This document shows, one piece after another, positions 16,561 through 35,859 of a stretch of DNA of 64,000 bases; position 1 is the first letter of the stretch; the number at the start of each line of letters is the position of its first letter. The stretch is from NCBI RefSeq assembly GCF_009914755.1, contig NC_060935.1; one strand, written 5' to 3'. This DNA is from the human T2T-CHM13v2.0 reference genome, Homo sapiens. The translations under genes and the position numbers were made by a program. The notes below the pieces were generated by a model, which saw only the letters and a program-made list of their open reading frames with translations, had not been told where the DNA came from and did not search any database.

Positions 16561-17711
16561 TGTTATATTATTTTATGTTCTTTTCTTATATTTGAAAAGT
16601 TTTCTCTCTCAAAATAAGTGAATAAATATAGAAAGAAAGATTGCCAGTAAGACTTCCAGGAAGTGACTTACTAAATTTTCAACATACGGTTTTACTTTCA
16701 GAAAGGCCTCACTAATATGTTAGTACCATACATTAAACTACTTTACCTGGCTTAAATTTAAATCAGCCATGAACATGATGATTGAGCTCTGATTCCACTC
16801 AGGATCCCAGAAAAGAGAAAACAGTATGTAGAGAGACTCAAGCAGCCTACTCTGCCTTAATTTGGAAGACTGACTCCCAAAACTTGGAATCAGGACACAT
16901 GAGACCCACTCCCAGATCTGTTGATGAATACTGTAGGAGTCAGGAAAAATACACCTTACTGCAATAAACATCTTCAAAGTTAAAATGGATTTGCTCCATT
17001 GCTTTTTATAGCAAAGGCTGGCAAAGAGTATATTACAAAATGATCTCACGTGTGATTACAACTTATAATCAAAGATCAGTTAAATACCTCAGATGGGGGG
17101 CGGGGGTGTTCCTGAAGTCTATTTCCTCAAGTAATGTTAAAGTGAATGGCCTTAGATTTTGGACACTACTTTAATTTTGTACTTCCAAATGCTTAGGAAA
17201 TGTTGCATTGGATTCCAGAAAGTCTCAGGAGGCTGTTTCCGTGATCTTACCTTTCCATCACCATCTCTTATCCTTTTCCCCAACCTTGCGTCCCTGACCC
17301 CCTGCTTTCCCTTTCTACCCAGGAGTTCATGCACTGGCAGGGTGCTATAGTTAGGGTGAACAAAGGACCATTTTTCCTAGTTCATGTCTGTTGTTCTAGC
17401 ATAATTAATAACACCCCTTTCAATCTCAAGAGTGTTCTAAGTATATAAACACCTTAACTACTATGGAAAGGGCCTGAGATTTGGAGTCAAAAGACTGGGT
17501 TCAAGCTTTAGTTCTGCCCTTAAAATTGCATAATCTTAGGGCAAGTTATTTACCCTCTCTGAATCTTGTTTTCTTTCTCTGAAAATGGAAATGATATCAA
17601 ATTTCCAAGTTTACTGTAAGTATTAAAAAGAAGTAAAATCAATCGGTACATAGTTATTTTATCCATAAGAAACCAGAGCCAAGCAATTGGCCCTCTCTTG
17701 AATATTGTTAC

Positions 17712-17935
17712 CTTGCCAACTTGGAAGCAGTCATCCCCTGTGAGAGAAAAGAGCCGTTTGGGGCTGTACAGGTCAGTGATGGCAGAGCCAGTGACTCTCT
17801 GAAAGACACCTCGGGCCAGGCCTTTCACATTGAGCATGTACACGTCCTGCAGCCGCATCAGGGCCCTTGCTGCTCCCTCAAGGTCCTCAAAGGCTGGAAG
17901 GTCTTGCTCCACCTTCTCATAGCCATCCTTCAGAG
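17712..17935 (-). CDS. P4HA3: P4HA3 exon 3 (LKDGYEKVEQDLPAFEDLEGAARALMRLQDVY...DCFQVGK)
   Basis: tacag|C acceptor and AAG|GTAACA donor; 224 nt; GAAxALxRLQDxY motif. Confidence 0.96.
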
Positions 17936-18224
17936 CTGTAAAAGTAGTAAAAACATCAACCCAGCATTCAAGAAACAGGAGTTGGGCATTTAATACATGT
18001 AAGGCATGACCACCTGTTCAAATATTTAATGACATCAAGTTGGATTTGTCTTTGTGTTCCCAGAGGCAAGCACAGTTCCTGGCACAGGGTGGATGCTTAA
18101 TGCAATTCTGAATGAGGAACATTCAGAATGAGTGAATGAGGAATAAAAATTAAGGCATACAGCTTCATTATATTGTCCTATCCTGTATGTTTACAGGAGT
18201 CTCACTCTTTAGGGAGACAACTCT

Positions 18225-19225
<1,001 letters not shown>

Positions 19226-19612
19226 GTCAACAAACTTCTTACAGCACAAAGTAGAATAAATTAGGAAAGTGATCTTGCTATAGATGACACTGTAGTGACA
19301 ATTTAATGAAACAGAAACTACTAGAAGACCGTTATTTTCTATACATATATAAATGGAAGGCTTGTACTTTGTCACAGGATTGTAGTGAACATCAAATGAG
19401 ACAATTGATATGAAAGTGCTTTCTAAGGTATAATCATATAAACTGATTAGCAAGCGGGCCTAATTCTTTGTGCTAGCTAGAGCTAAGGATATTAAGTAAT
19501 ACCCACCTACTCCATTACCCTTTGAAATCACATCCCAACAGAATCTCTCTCCTTACCACCGAGTCAGGAGATAGAATCCTCTCTCTTACCCTCCAGCCCT
19601 CCTCCTCATTAC

Positions 19613-19755
19613 CTCGGATGTTCTCACTGGCCTCCAGACTATGTACCACATTCCTCCAGTCAGACTGCAGGCGTTTGATGAGAGTAAATGCAAGCAGAGG
19701 GTTAGCCACAGGGGTTGTTGAATCCTCATGCAAAGAAAGTACCTTGTCGTAGAAT
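19613..19755 (-). CDS. P4HA3: P4HA3 exon 2 (FYDKVLSLHEDSTTPVANPLLAFTLIKRLQSDW...ENIR)
   Basis: ttcag|A acceptor and AG|GTAATG donor; 143 nt in phase with exons 1 and 3; NPxxAFxLxKRL motif of P4H alpha subunits. Confidence 0.96.
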
Positions 19756-20159
19756 CTGAAAGAAAGGAGTAGAATGATCTCACCTCCTGATACAACCACT
19801 ACACCTAGGGAAGGCTGGCATGGTGTGTGTACATTAAGAGTAGCTAACACTGACATGCTGAACCTCTTGAGATTCACATAATAGTCCAACCAAAAAGCCA
19901 TGCAAGCCCAAAGAATATGAAAACTATAGATACAACAAAAGTAGGTCCACTCTTTTGTTCACTGAATGAGTCAGTCTATATTAATCAATTACTGTATTTC
20001 AGGCACCATGCTAGAGATATAAAGGCAAGACAGGGTCCAGCTCTCAAAGGGATCACAAAGTCTTTTTCTCCTGTCATCACTGTATATGCAATACTTAGTA
20101 TCTGGTAGAAACTCAAAAACACTATTGAATTAATTATAACCACTGTGATATGTGCTATA

Positions 20160-20503
20160 TAGTGGTCCCCAACCTTTTTGGCACCAGGGACTAGTTTCAT
20201 GGAAAACAATTTTTTCCACGGACCGGGGGGTTGGGGGATGGTTTCGGGATGAAACTGTTCCACCTCAGATCATCAGGTACCAGTTAGATTCCTATAAGGA
20301 GCACACAACCTAGATCCCTCACATGTGCAGTTCACAATAAGGTTCACGCTCCTATGAGAATCTAATGCCGTGGCTGATCTGACAGGAGGTGGAGCTCAAA
20401 GAGTAATGCTCCCTTGCCCACCACTCACCTCCTGCTGGGGGGCCCGCCTCCTAACAGGCCATGGACTGGTACCGGTCCCTGGCCCAGGGGTTGGGGACCT
20501 CTC
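20160..20503. mobile_element. MER1B (hAT-Charlie MITE)
   Basis: TIRs GGTCCCCAACC / GGTTGGGGACC; ~340 bp; internal GAAACTGTTCCACCTCAGATCATCAGG. Confidence 0.85.
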
Positions 20504-23500
20504 TGCTATGAGAGAAGTGAGCATATAATGCTGCAGCTGTGCAGGCAGGGCAGCTCATCCAGGTGGGAGTTAGAAGGGGGAAGGAAAGGCTTCCAAGAAG
20601 AGATGGCATGTGATCTGAATCTTGAATGATTTGTTAAAATACTGAAAGCTATTACTTATTGAGCTCCTACCATGTATTGGCCTGTTGGGTGCTCTAAATA
20701 GATTGTCTCATTTAATTACCCCCCACCTTCCAACCGACCCTTAGTGTAGATTTAATTTTACCCATTCCACAGAGAGGAAACTGAAACAAAGCCACACTGT
20801 TAGTAAAGGGCAAAGCCAGGATGGAACCCAAGTCTGACTAACTCCAAAACCTGGGTTCGCAGCTGATTATGCTATATGGTTTCTTAAGGAGCTAGAACAA
20901 AGAAGAGAAGAAGAGTATTTTTCAAGCCAACAGGAACCATTAGTGTACAAAGGCACAGAGGCTTGAGATATATTTGTAGTAAGTCAATCTACACGAGTTA
21001 TTTGCTAGATGTCAGACTCCATGCTAGATTCTAGGGATACAAAGGCAAGACGAGGTCTAATACTCAAGGATTTCATGGATAAGAAAATAACTTTTTTTCT
21101 CATCATTCTATACCTAAATTCAATACATATTTCTATGAAAGAAAGAATGAAGTATACTCTCCTAGGAGCTAGGGACAAAATTCTGAATAAGGAAATAATC
21201 TTGGTCTCAAGGATCCACAGTTTAGTGAGTAAGAAAGACACAAATAATTACATTACAGATGCAATACCAGATTTAAGAACAAGGCTTAGTGGGGAGGACA
21301 GAGAGGGGATGATTAATTTGGCCAGAGCAGGTTAGAGAAGGCTTTAAGTGAGAGTGGTACTGTTGAAACTATGACTTGTTCACATATATAAATGTGTGAG
21401 AGGGTGGGGAGGAGGCCACTTCAAAACTGCAAGCACAAGACAAGGAGACTCTGAACCACGACAGCGATGGAGAATGGACTGGGTTCAAGGAAGGAGTTTA
21501 GGAAGTGGTGATGACTGTAAAGGGGAATAAGAGGTGGGATCGTCCAGCACACTTCCAACCTTTCTAGCTTGGCAACAAATGCAGAAAAGGGCAGAAATGG
21601 TAGGGCCTGAAGTGATCATCTTTCCAGTTAATTTCCCTTCTCCAGTGTCCTTCAACAGTGTTTATATAGGCAAAAGATGCTGTTTCCTTTCCTAGTATAC
21701 TCTGGTTAATTCCATTTCTAAAACACCAATGGAATTTATATTACTGAAATTTATTATCTATAACAGGGCAGATTAAGGTACTATTCCTGCTCTCCAAGAG
21801 TTTTCCCGCTCGTTTTAAAATTATCAACTTCAAAAATAGTATAACAAGAATGGAAGTAGAAGAAAAAAAAGTTTGTGCAAAGTGAAAAAAAATGAACGTG
21901 TGCAAGAGCACAGGAGACTATGAGTCCTTTGGCAAGAGTGGGCGACTTCTGCGAGGAGACAGAGATGAAAGTGAAAAATAGAGGAAGTGGCAAGGTGGTA
22001 GGATTTCAACCCCTTGGAGCAGAGTCTTATCTGAGGATTTCTAAAGAGTGAGGTCCTCAACTATGAAATGAAGCCTGAAATAGAAGACGACTGCCTTGAG
22101 GCTTCCAAGGAGCCAAATGTTCAATTCAACATAAACTAAGGAACAAGAACCTGGACCTGGGTCTCCCAGTGGGGAAATGGGAAGCCTGTCAAGTCCCAGG
22201 GTGTCTCTGATCCCAAAGACAAGGCAGTCTGTGAGCTGAAGCTCTAGGGTTTTGAAATGAAACCAGCCTCCAGGGTGTGGGATCTTTACTACCCATTGTC
22301 TCCTGCTTTGGCTCCGTATGGAACTACTTAGGGAAAGATACTCCACTGCTTGATGAAAAATCTTAACAAGCGGAGACTTGGGCTTGAGTCCAGCTTAAAG
22401 AGTAGGTGTCCAGGAACAATTGAGGCTGAGAGGGCAGTGATTTTATAAGACAGCTGGATAGGAAGGAACTGGGACTTATTCTGACCCAGCCTCCAACTAT
22501 CACTCAGTTTCCTCATCCATAAAATGAAGGAACTGATCTAGTCTAGAAGATTTCTATGGATCTTTTCAGCATGAACATTCTGTTATTTCTTCTCATCACC
22601 CCCTCCACAACTGAATAAACAGATTCCTCATTAGCTTGAGGACTAATGTTTAATAGGAATCAGAGGACACTGAGGCACAAAGGTAAAGTGGTAAAGCAGA
22701 GAGGTGAATATTTGCCCCAAGTCATGCATCAAATCAAAAGTGCTGTCTACTTCCTTGTTTTCTTAGCACCCCTCTTTGCATTTTGGGGTTGATTTGTTTA
22801 GGTCAGGGTTTGATCTCTATTGCAGCACATCAATTCAATCCAGTGTTTAGATATGCCATTTTTCTGTCACACAAAGAAAAAAAATCTCTCAACTGATAAC
22901 TGAGGTTGGCTTAGAATCCAAAAGTTGGCCCTATGCCCAGCCTCTGAGCACATAGCGGTTTCCAGAGACTGGAAACTGAGTTACTGGATGCTGAATTCAA
23001 ACCTCAGGGTTTCCTAAATGTCTTTTTGCTTTAACAAATACTGCTGAGAATGGAAAATCAGATCCTTTCCTTCAAGAATCTGCACATAAAATTTGCAACC
23101 CAATCCCTGCATTAAACATAGCCTGGGCAGGTTATCCAACCACAATACATGGGCTATTTCACTTCAATATGTTTTGCCTTTGGAATTCAGAAATGGTTTT
23201 GTATCAGTTCTTCTGGGACATTATTAATGCTTAATCCTTAGCACAGAAAAAATTGCTGCTGACACTTCTCTCTCACTCTTGGTGGTGTTTTAAACTGCAA
23301 AAACAGCAACAACAAAAGCTAGGATAAACTCTTTTTATATATATAACTAGTATATGTACCATACTGGCATATAACTATATATACTATAACAAGTATAATT
23401 TTTATTCATTAACTTGGAGTAGGGAGTAGTTTCAACCTCAAGAATACTGCATTTTTCTATCTCAACTGAGAGCCTTGGAAATAGCCTCTCAAGTTACATA

Positions 23501-23573
23501 AAATCACCAGATTGGGAGTATAGAAAAATTAGCAAGAACTGCCAAAATTCTTGTTTTAAAAGGCAAACATAAA

Positions 23574-23888
23574 GGCTGGGCACGGTAGCTCATGCTTGCA
23601 ATCCCAACACTTTGGGAGCCCGAGGAGGGAGGATCACTTCAGGTCAGGAGTTCAAGACCAGTCTGGGCAAGAGAGCAAGACCCCGTCTCTACCAAATCAA
23701 ACCAAACCAAACAAAAACAAAAACAAAAAAACCCTAGCCAGGCATGGTGGTGTGCACCCGTAGTCCTAGTTACTTGGTAGGCTTAGGCAGAAGGATCACT
23801 TGAGCCAGGGGTTTGAGGTTATAGTGAGCTATGATAGAGCCACTGCACTCTAGCCTGGGTGACAGAGCAAGACCCTGTCTCTTAAAAA
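23574..23888 (+). mobile_element. AluJ-like
   Basis: Alu dimer; flanking AAAAGGCAAACAT / AAAAAGCAAACAT. Confidence 0.88.
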
Positions 23889-26699
23889 GCAAACATTTCA
23901 CTGGGTTTTAGAGCAGTCACTAGAGAACAGAATGACAGAATGACAGTCTTCAAAATATCAAACTAAACTACAAAATTAACTGTTCATAAGTCACCTGAGA
24001 AAATAATTGAGAACTTTTCTGATTTGTTTTTTTATCTAGGCTGTCACAATCCTAGTTAATACTTAGAGCCAAAAGTGGGGCCTAGTTTCACTAGATGGTC
24101 TTAAAATAAAATAAAATAAAATAATAAGCATAAAGGCTTAGCATTTGTCCATCAATTGTTACATGCCAGGTACAATGATAAAAACTTTTACATGGTACTC
24201 TTAATCCTTCCAAAAACCCTATGGTGGTAGGTACTATTTTTATCATCATTTTACAGATTAGGAAACTAAAGCTCAAAGAGGTAAAGTAACTTGTCCAAGA
24301 TCAGAGCCAACGATTCAAATAGAGGTCTGTTAAACTCCTGAATTCACTGTTAACCACCATGTACTGTGGCCACTAGTAAAACCTCAATTAGTTAGGGGCT
24401 TGGTCTATGTCTTGGTATAACAGATAAAAGAAGTGGTAGGGATAACATAGCATAGTAGGAAAAAAGTTGGATAAACAATCAAAACAACTGTGTCCTAGTC
24501 CTGGATTTGCTACCTATTAGATTTATTAATACAATCTTGAGTGAGCAACTAGACTTTAGTTTTCTCATGTTTTAACTGATTTCTCAATAGTTAACAAGTG
24601 TAATACAAATCTATTTCAAAGCATTGTGTGTGAGAGAGAATCAGATGAGATATGGTTTGTATGAGACCTCCTGCTGTGACAAAGTTGTGATAATGACAGT
24701 GGTGGAAAGACAGTGAAGGAGACCAGCATGGTGGAATGGGGTTGGCCAGCTGCTTTGGCCAAAATGCTTCAAGTGCTCTCTTCTGAGAATGTAACCTGAA
24801 AGACCAGCAGGGGGATTTTGACCCCCCACTCCCGTCTCCATCTGAGCTACCCAAAGAGATTACTGGTATGAGAACAAGCATGGGTAGCAGGGAGAATGCT
24901 GGGCTCTGAAATCAAAGAGAAAAAATTCTGTCCTATTTCCACTAATAAGCTTGGACTCCAATGACTCTGGGCTATGAACAAAAAGAAAACATTTGGCTCG
25001 GTCAACATGGACCCATAGAATACTAGACAACTATGCTATTCCAAAGAGTGACAATAATTATTGAAATGATCTTCATTTATTGTTAAAATTAATACATACC
25101 TATATTGTATATTGTCACACTATTTCAAGCTGTTTATACGCAAGCCACATACTTAAGGACAAGCACCACATTAGCTCATTCAGTCACTATTAACAAGATC
25201 TCTCGCAAATACTTTCCACCCACAAAATGCTTCTCTTCTACATAGCTCTCTCTCACAGTCATGGGGTCACAAAGTTTCGCACAGGGTGACAATGGGTTTG
25301 GGGGTCACACTGGACCTCAGAGTCACTCCCCATTCCACATACCTTCTTCTCATGTCACCCCAGAATCAGTATTATTACCACACACACTCACGCAAAGTTT
25401 TAAAAGCAGTGCATTGTGCTGTCTTTGCTCAATGATAAGGTCACATGATATAAGTACAATATTAATATATCCAAATAGTGACGTGGTCATAACCACTCTG
25501 TCAGTGTTGTAGGCTTCTTGATGTCCCAGGCAGAGAAGGCGCAGCACATATTCATACAGATGGTATCATATACAATCATTTATCTTTCATTTTTGTCAGT
25601 TGGACACTGCTAAGTCGATACATGACTATGGTGCCTCAGCATCCCAAGTCTGACAACCTTTTATGCCACAGTGTGTAGCACTAGAGTTTGTTGACTGTAC
25701 CCCAAAACTATATTAGCTGAGCATCCACTGCTGTGTGCTACACTCAGTATCTTCTGCATCAAGTATGTTTTTTCACAGTGCTTTTTTGATATCAAATATG
25801 TTGACACACATATAACATCTCAGTTATCATTTATTTAGTATTTAGAGAGCTTCTACATGTGTAAAGAGAAGGAAGAACTGAAGACGTAGACGGCAGTGGA
25901 CATCTCTGATTAACAGTCATGGTGCTACAGACCCAAACTCCTCGAGGGCAGAGTTGGCTCTTGATCACCATTTTATCCCCACTGCCTGGAACACTGCCTG
26001 GCTCTTAGTAGGCACTCAAAAATATGTGTTGTATGAATTAATGAACTGAAGCATTATTCATATAGCGACCTGTACAGTTACTCAGCATCATTCACATGCA
26101 GAGTATGATATCCACAGTGTCGTGCCCATCCAGTCCCAATGACATGTAAACCTCACATATGGTGGAAGACTGTCACCTGACTCCTAACACTAAACATCAG
26201 CTCACTAGGTCATGCGGTGTTTCACGATCCCCCCTTGAAAGGTCAATACTTGCGTAGCTAAAGCGTCACCGTATTCTCTCCATGTCACTCTCACAGTGTC
26301 TCTGTCACAGCACCGTCCACTGTGTCTGTGTCAGTGTGACACAGGGCCTGGGGCTCACACAGCTTTGCACAGCACATTGTGAGGTCCTAGAGTCACCCCG
26401 CCCCGCTCTTCCACAGTGTATCAACTTTGCTGTGTGACGCTGGATATGGGGGGTGCCACTATGTGTGTGATGGAGTCTGCAGTCCCAGTGTGACCCAACC
26501 CTCGCCAACACCTCATGCCACGGAGTGTCAGGGTCCCACACAGGGTGACAATGGGTCTAGGGGGTCACACTGGCCCTCAGAGCCACTCCCCACCCCATGC
26601 CACAATGTCTCAGTCGCACGGTGCGACAGTGGGTCTGGGGTCCCACGCAGCATGACAATGAGCCTGGGGTCACACTCAACCTGAGTCACCCCACCCTGC

Positions 26700-27260
26700 G
26701 GCACAGTGTATCCCACTGAGGCCCCTCGGTCGCTCCCACTCGTCGTGCCCTCACCTAGTCAGGTCCCGCAGCCGCGCCTCCTCCCCGCGCAGGTACCGCC
26801 TCAGCAGCCCCAGCAGCCGGCGCTCGGGCGCCAGGGCGCGCGCCACGCTGGTCAGCGCCGAGAACGTGTCGCCCCGAGCCGCAGCCCTTTCTGGGTCTCC
26901 TGTCCCGAGCGCCAGCACCGCCAGCAGCGCCGCCAGCCGCGCCCCAGGACCCATAGCCAGCGCTCGCGAACTTCCCCTCAGACAGTCCTGGCCGCGCGGC
27001 GGCAGCCGCTCCCGCCCTCGCCTGCCCCGCCCCTGTCTCCGCCCCCTCCCGGCTCAGGCCCCGCCCTCTGGCCCCGGCCCGGCCCGTCCCGTCCACCGCC
27101 CAGTCTCGCTCCACGCCCCCTGACTCCTTCCTTGTTTCGACGCCTCACCTCGCTCTCTATTCCTCAGCTCCTCGGAATGCGTGGGGGCTTCCTGCAACAT
27201 CAGTCTCCGCCGCCCTCCACTAAATCGCGACCCTGGGAAGGTGTTTCCACTGTGCCCATC
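26700..27260. promoter_or_regulatory. CpG island / TATA-less promoter of P4HA3 with a cluster of GC boxes (Sp/KLF)
   Basis: Dense CpG; CCGCCC at 27012, 27027, 27039, 27061 and 27096, just upstream of the ATG on the minus strand. Confidence 0.88.
26755..26954 (-). CDS. P4HA3: P4HA3 coding exon 1 (signal peptide, MGPGARLAALLAVLALG...RDLT/R)
   Basis: ATG at 26954; 200 nt to donor AG|GTGAGG at 26755/26754; translation matches the P4HA3 N-terminus; lies in a CpG island. Confidence 0.97.
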
Positions 27261-28480
27261 ACACTAGGGGAAATTGAGGCGGAGGCAGGGTGAGCGATGA
27301 ATTCACAGGTCTAAGGCTGTGACTATCCCCAAATATTGTTAACACCACGCTCACAGGATCCCCAAAATATCCGCCCCTCTGTACCATGGAGTGGGAATAC
27401 ACAAACACCACTGGATCCCCACAGGGACGTCCAGAAGAGTCAATTATGCGTATGTGAATAGGTGCGCAGGCAAAGAGCGGCAAGAGGACAGCTGGGAGGA
27501 AAACCCTCACAGAGAGCGTGACATCTGAGCCATCTGAAGGATAAGTAGGACTGTGTCAGGATGTGAGTATATGACAAATCTAGGACTTACAGAACCTGAA
27601 GCTCTGGGGTCCTAAAGTCACTGCTTTACACAATATACTTAGAGTCACTTAAGCAAATAAAAATATTATTATTATTATTATAGCCTACTAGGCTATGTAC
27701 TCTATTTCCCCCCTCTTATGCATTTCCCAGGCAATGTTCATTCATGCAACAAATATTTATTAGTACCTGTGTTACTGTGCTGCCTACACAGAGAAATAGC
27801 AGATCCAATCCTGGACTCAAAGGAGGAGACAGTTATGTAAACAAGTAATCACAATAAAGTGCTGTCAGAGTAACTGAGGGTTGTGCAATATGCAATGGCA
27901 ACACTGAAGAAGGAACCCTCATGTAGTGGGTGGAGAGGGCATCAGAGAGGAGGTGATGGGTGCTGGTTCAAAAGGATGAAAAAAATTGGAAGTTGACAGG
28001 CAAGGGAGGAGTGGGCTTTCCTGGCAGAAGGTACATGGGCGTGACAAGGTTTGGAGGTGGAAAACAGTTTGAGTTCCAGAAATGATGAAAAGTTTCTTGT
28101 GCTTGAAACTATCAGATTGTGAAAGGTCTTTGCATGTCATACTAAGAAATTTAGGTGCTTGTCCTCTATGAAAATCCAGTGGAAGTTTTTAAGGTAGCAA
28201 TAATTGTAATAACAATGGCAACAGTAAACATAGTAGTTAATACTTACCGGGTGTTTCCTGTGTGGCAGTCGCCATCCAGAGTATTTTACATATATTAACT
28301 CATTTAATCGCTGTCCAGAGTATTTTACATGTATTAACTCATTTAATTCTCATGCTGACCCTATAGCCTAAGTAATATTAGTATTCTTACAGTATTATTG
28401 GCCCCACTTTACCGATGAGAAGACTGAATTGTAGGGACAATCATTAACCTACTCAGTGTTAATCACTTGTGGACCACATT

Positions 28481-28672
28481 CGAGGTGTGCTGGTAAACCA
28501 GCTCTCCAGGAAAAAAATAAAGTTCTGGTTTGTGGCATTTGCCAATTTCTGTGGTGTCAATTCTCCCACAGTGGCTAATTTCGACATGCAAAAATGTCAC
28601 CACTGACTGTGGTTGGATAAAGATGCCAACAACTCCTGTGAGCTGGGGTGAGCCAGCTCCAGCACACCACTG
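28481..28672. mobile_element. MER63-like hAT MITE
   Basis: Terminal inverted repeats GGTGTGCTGG...CCAGCACACCACTG; ~190 bp. Confidence 0.6.
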
Positions 28673-28675
28673 CTT

Positions 28676-29086
28676 GTGTAGACATGAGATGTAACATGCA
28701 GATCCCCCTTCGAAGAAGGACTTGTTGCACAGCTGCAGGGTATGTGATGAGAAGAGTATCCAGTGGTCAGCTGCTTTAGGGTCTGTCCTATAGCAGAGAG
28801 CAGTCTCGCTTAGGGAAATGTCCTTCCTGGAACAGCCCTAATCCAGCAATGGAGCAAGGTGAGGGAATCAAGGCCTAGCCATTTTGGCCCATCGTGAGAC
28901 AATTCTTACAGGAAATACTAGCTCCAGCGCACCTGCCACCTTGATCAAGGCTTTGTCAAGCCTCTTTGACTTCTTCCTCTGCCTTTTCCTGCTTCCTTTC
29001 CCTTTCGTAGATGCTGATCTCTAATAAACATCTTGCACCTCAAACTCCAGCTGTGCCTCTGCTTCTAGAAAACCCAATCTGTAACA
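28676..29086 (+). mobile_element. LTR16-like ERVL solo LTR
   Basis: 3' end CTAATAAACATCTTGCAC...CTGCTTCTAGAAAACCCAATCTGTAACA resembles LTR16. Confidence 0.55.
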
Positions 29087-29296
29087 TCAATTCAATCAAC
29101 ATACATAGTAAGTGGTAGAGAAGGGACTTGAACCCAGGTCATGTGGATCCTGATTCCATATTCTTAATCAATACCAGAGGCAGATTTACCTAGAAGGTTT
29201 TGAAGCTTAAGCTTCAAGGCTCCTAGCTTGCACAAACCCTTTCTAACTGAGTAGCCTTCCCATAGAAGGTATTCTGACCATAGAAGATTAGGGACT

Positions 29297-29795
29297 GTGG
29301 TAGGCAGAATCATGCCCTCCCTCCAAAGATGTGCATGTCTTGATTCCCAAAACCCATGACTGTGTTACCTTACATGGCACAAGAGACTTTACAGATGTGA
29401 TTAAGTTAAGGATCTTGACATTGGAGGATTATGCTGGTTTATCTTGGTAGTCCCGATGCAATCATGAGGGTCCTTAAAAGTCATAGAAGGAAATGTGACA
29501 ATGGAAGCAAAGTCAGAAAGATTTAAAGATACTTAGTACTATATTGCTGACTTTAAAGATGAAAGAAGAGGCCACCAGTCAAGGATTGTGAACCGCTTCT
29601 AGAAGCTGGAAAGGCAAGGAAACAGGTTCTCCTCTAGTGCTTCCAAAAGGAACAGAGACCTGCTGACACGTTGATTTTAGTCCAGTGAAACCCATTTCAG
29701 ACTTCGGAACTCCAGGGCTGTAAGACAATATATGTGTTGTTTTAAGCCACTGTGTTTGTGGTCATTTGTTTCAGCAACAGTAGGAAACTGATAAA
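29297..29795 (+). mobile_element. MLT1D-like solo LTR
   Basis: TGTGGTAGGCAGAAT...CCAAAGATGT start; TTTTAAGCCAC...GGAAACTGATA end. Confidence 0.75.
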
Positions 29796-30014
29796 GGAAC
29801 CCAAAGGTATCTGCTTTGTATTGTCTCTGTCTCTTTAGCCCAAGTGGGCAGTACTTCTATTGATAAAATCATCTTAAAACCTTTGAGGATTTCCTGTAAA
29901 TCTTATTGGAGTTCTTTCCGTTAGACAAAAACCATATCTATATTTCTTCCCAAGAAGTGCCCTTCTCTAACTTGGGCTGAGACTCAGGGTTGTGGTACAA
30001 CAGTCTTAAAAGTC

Positions 30015-30343
<329 letters not shown>

Positions 30344-30379
30344 TGAAATATAAGGTACACCCATAAGATTCTTAGAGAC

Positions 30380-34150
<3,771 letters not shown>

Positions 34151-34849
34151 TCCTAACTATAATATTTTGTTTTACTTCTGGATCAGAGAGGAATTTTTGA
34201 AGTCACTTTGAGTAATAGCAGTGTTCCAAGTTTAACTAAAACAAACTAAAATTTAATGAAATTATGCTACAAGTGTAAATAATTACATGACGACATTAGA
34301 ATAGGTATTTTCCGAACACTGGTAAGTTTGTGAGGGCTCAACTTACATTCCTGTTTGGAACAACTTGCTAAATAGCAAGTTTTTTTTCAACCTGTATTAC
34401 TAGACCATCCCTATTTCTGAATGTCAAAATAGTGAAAAATTTGTATTAGTTTTGAGGAAATGTTACTATAATAAGGCTTTTGAGTTTTAAAATGGAAAAA
34501 AATTGACAGAAAAGAGTTGAGGAAAAGATCAAGATTTTCAAATAATTATTAAGTCAGGAAAAGAGAAAGGCTTCTCTGGAAATAATAACCACCCTCAGCT
34601 TCAGCTTGTGCCACTCTCCTCTGCTCTCTCCACTCCAGCCATGCTGGCCTTTTGTCTTTTCATTTCTTGCTCTTGGCAAGCTCTTTCCTGATTCATGCGG
34701 AATTTCTGACAGACTAAATCCTACTCATCCTTTGAGTCATTTCCTCAGGGACATTTTATTTGTCTGCAGACTAGGTTCAAGTCTTCATATTATTCAAAAC
34801 ACACCCTGTATTTTCCCTTGGTAGCATTTATGACAATTATAATTTTTTA

Positions 34850-35158
<309 letters not shown>

Positions 35159-35287
35159 TATTATTATTACTTCTTATTTGTATAATTAATGGCTGTCTGC
35201 TACACTAGATCATATACTTCATATAGGTGAGATGGTTCCTAGCTGAGTGCCTGGCAATTGCAAGTACTCGTTTAAAAATATAGAATA

Positions 35288-35859
<572 letters not shown>

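Noticed and set aside
26706-27293. 195-aa plus-strand ORF (and overlapping 119-aa and 85-aa ORFs) over the P4HA3 promoter
   Set aside because: Pro/Arg/Gly-rich low complexity expected from stop-poor CpG-island DNA antisense to a real exon; non-ATG start; no recognisable domain.
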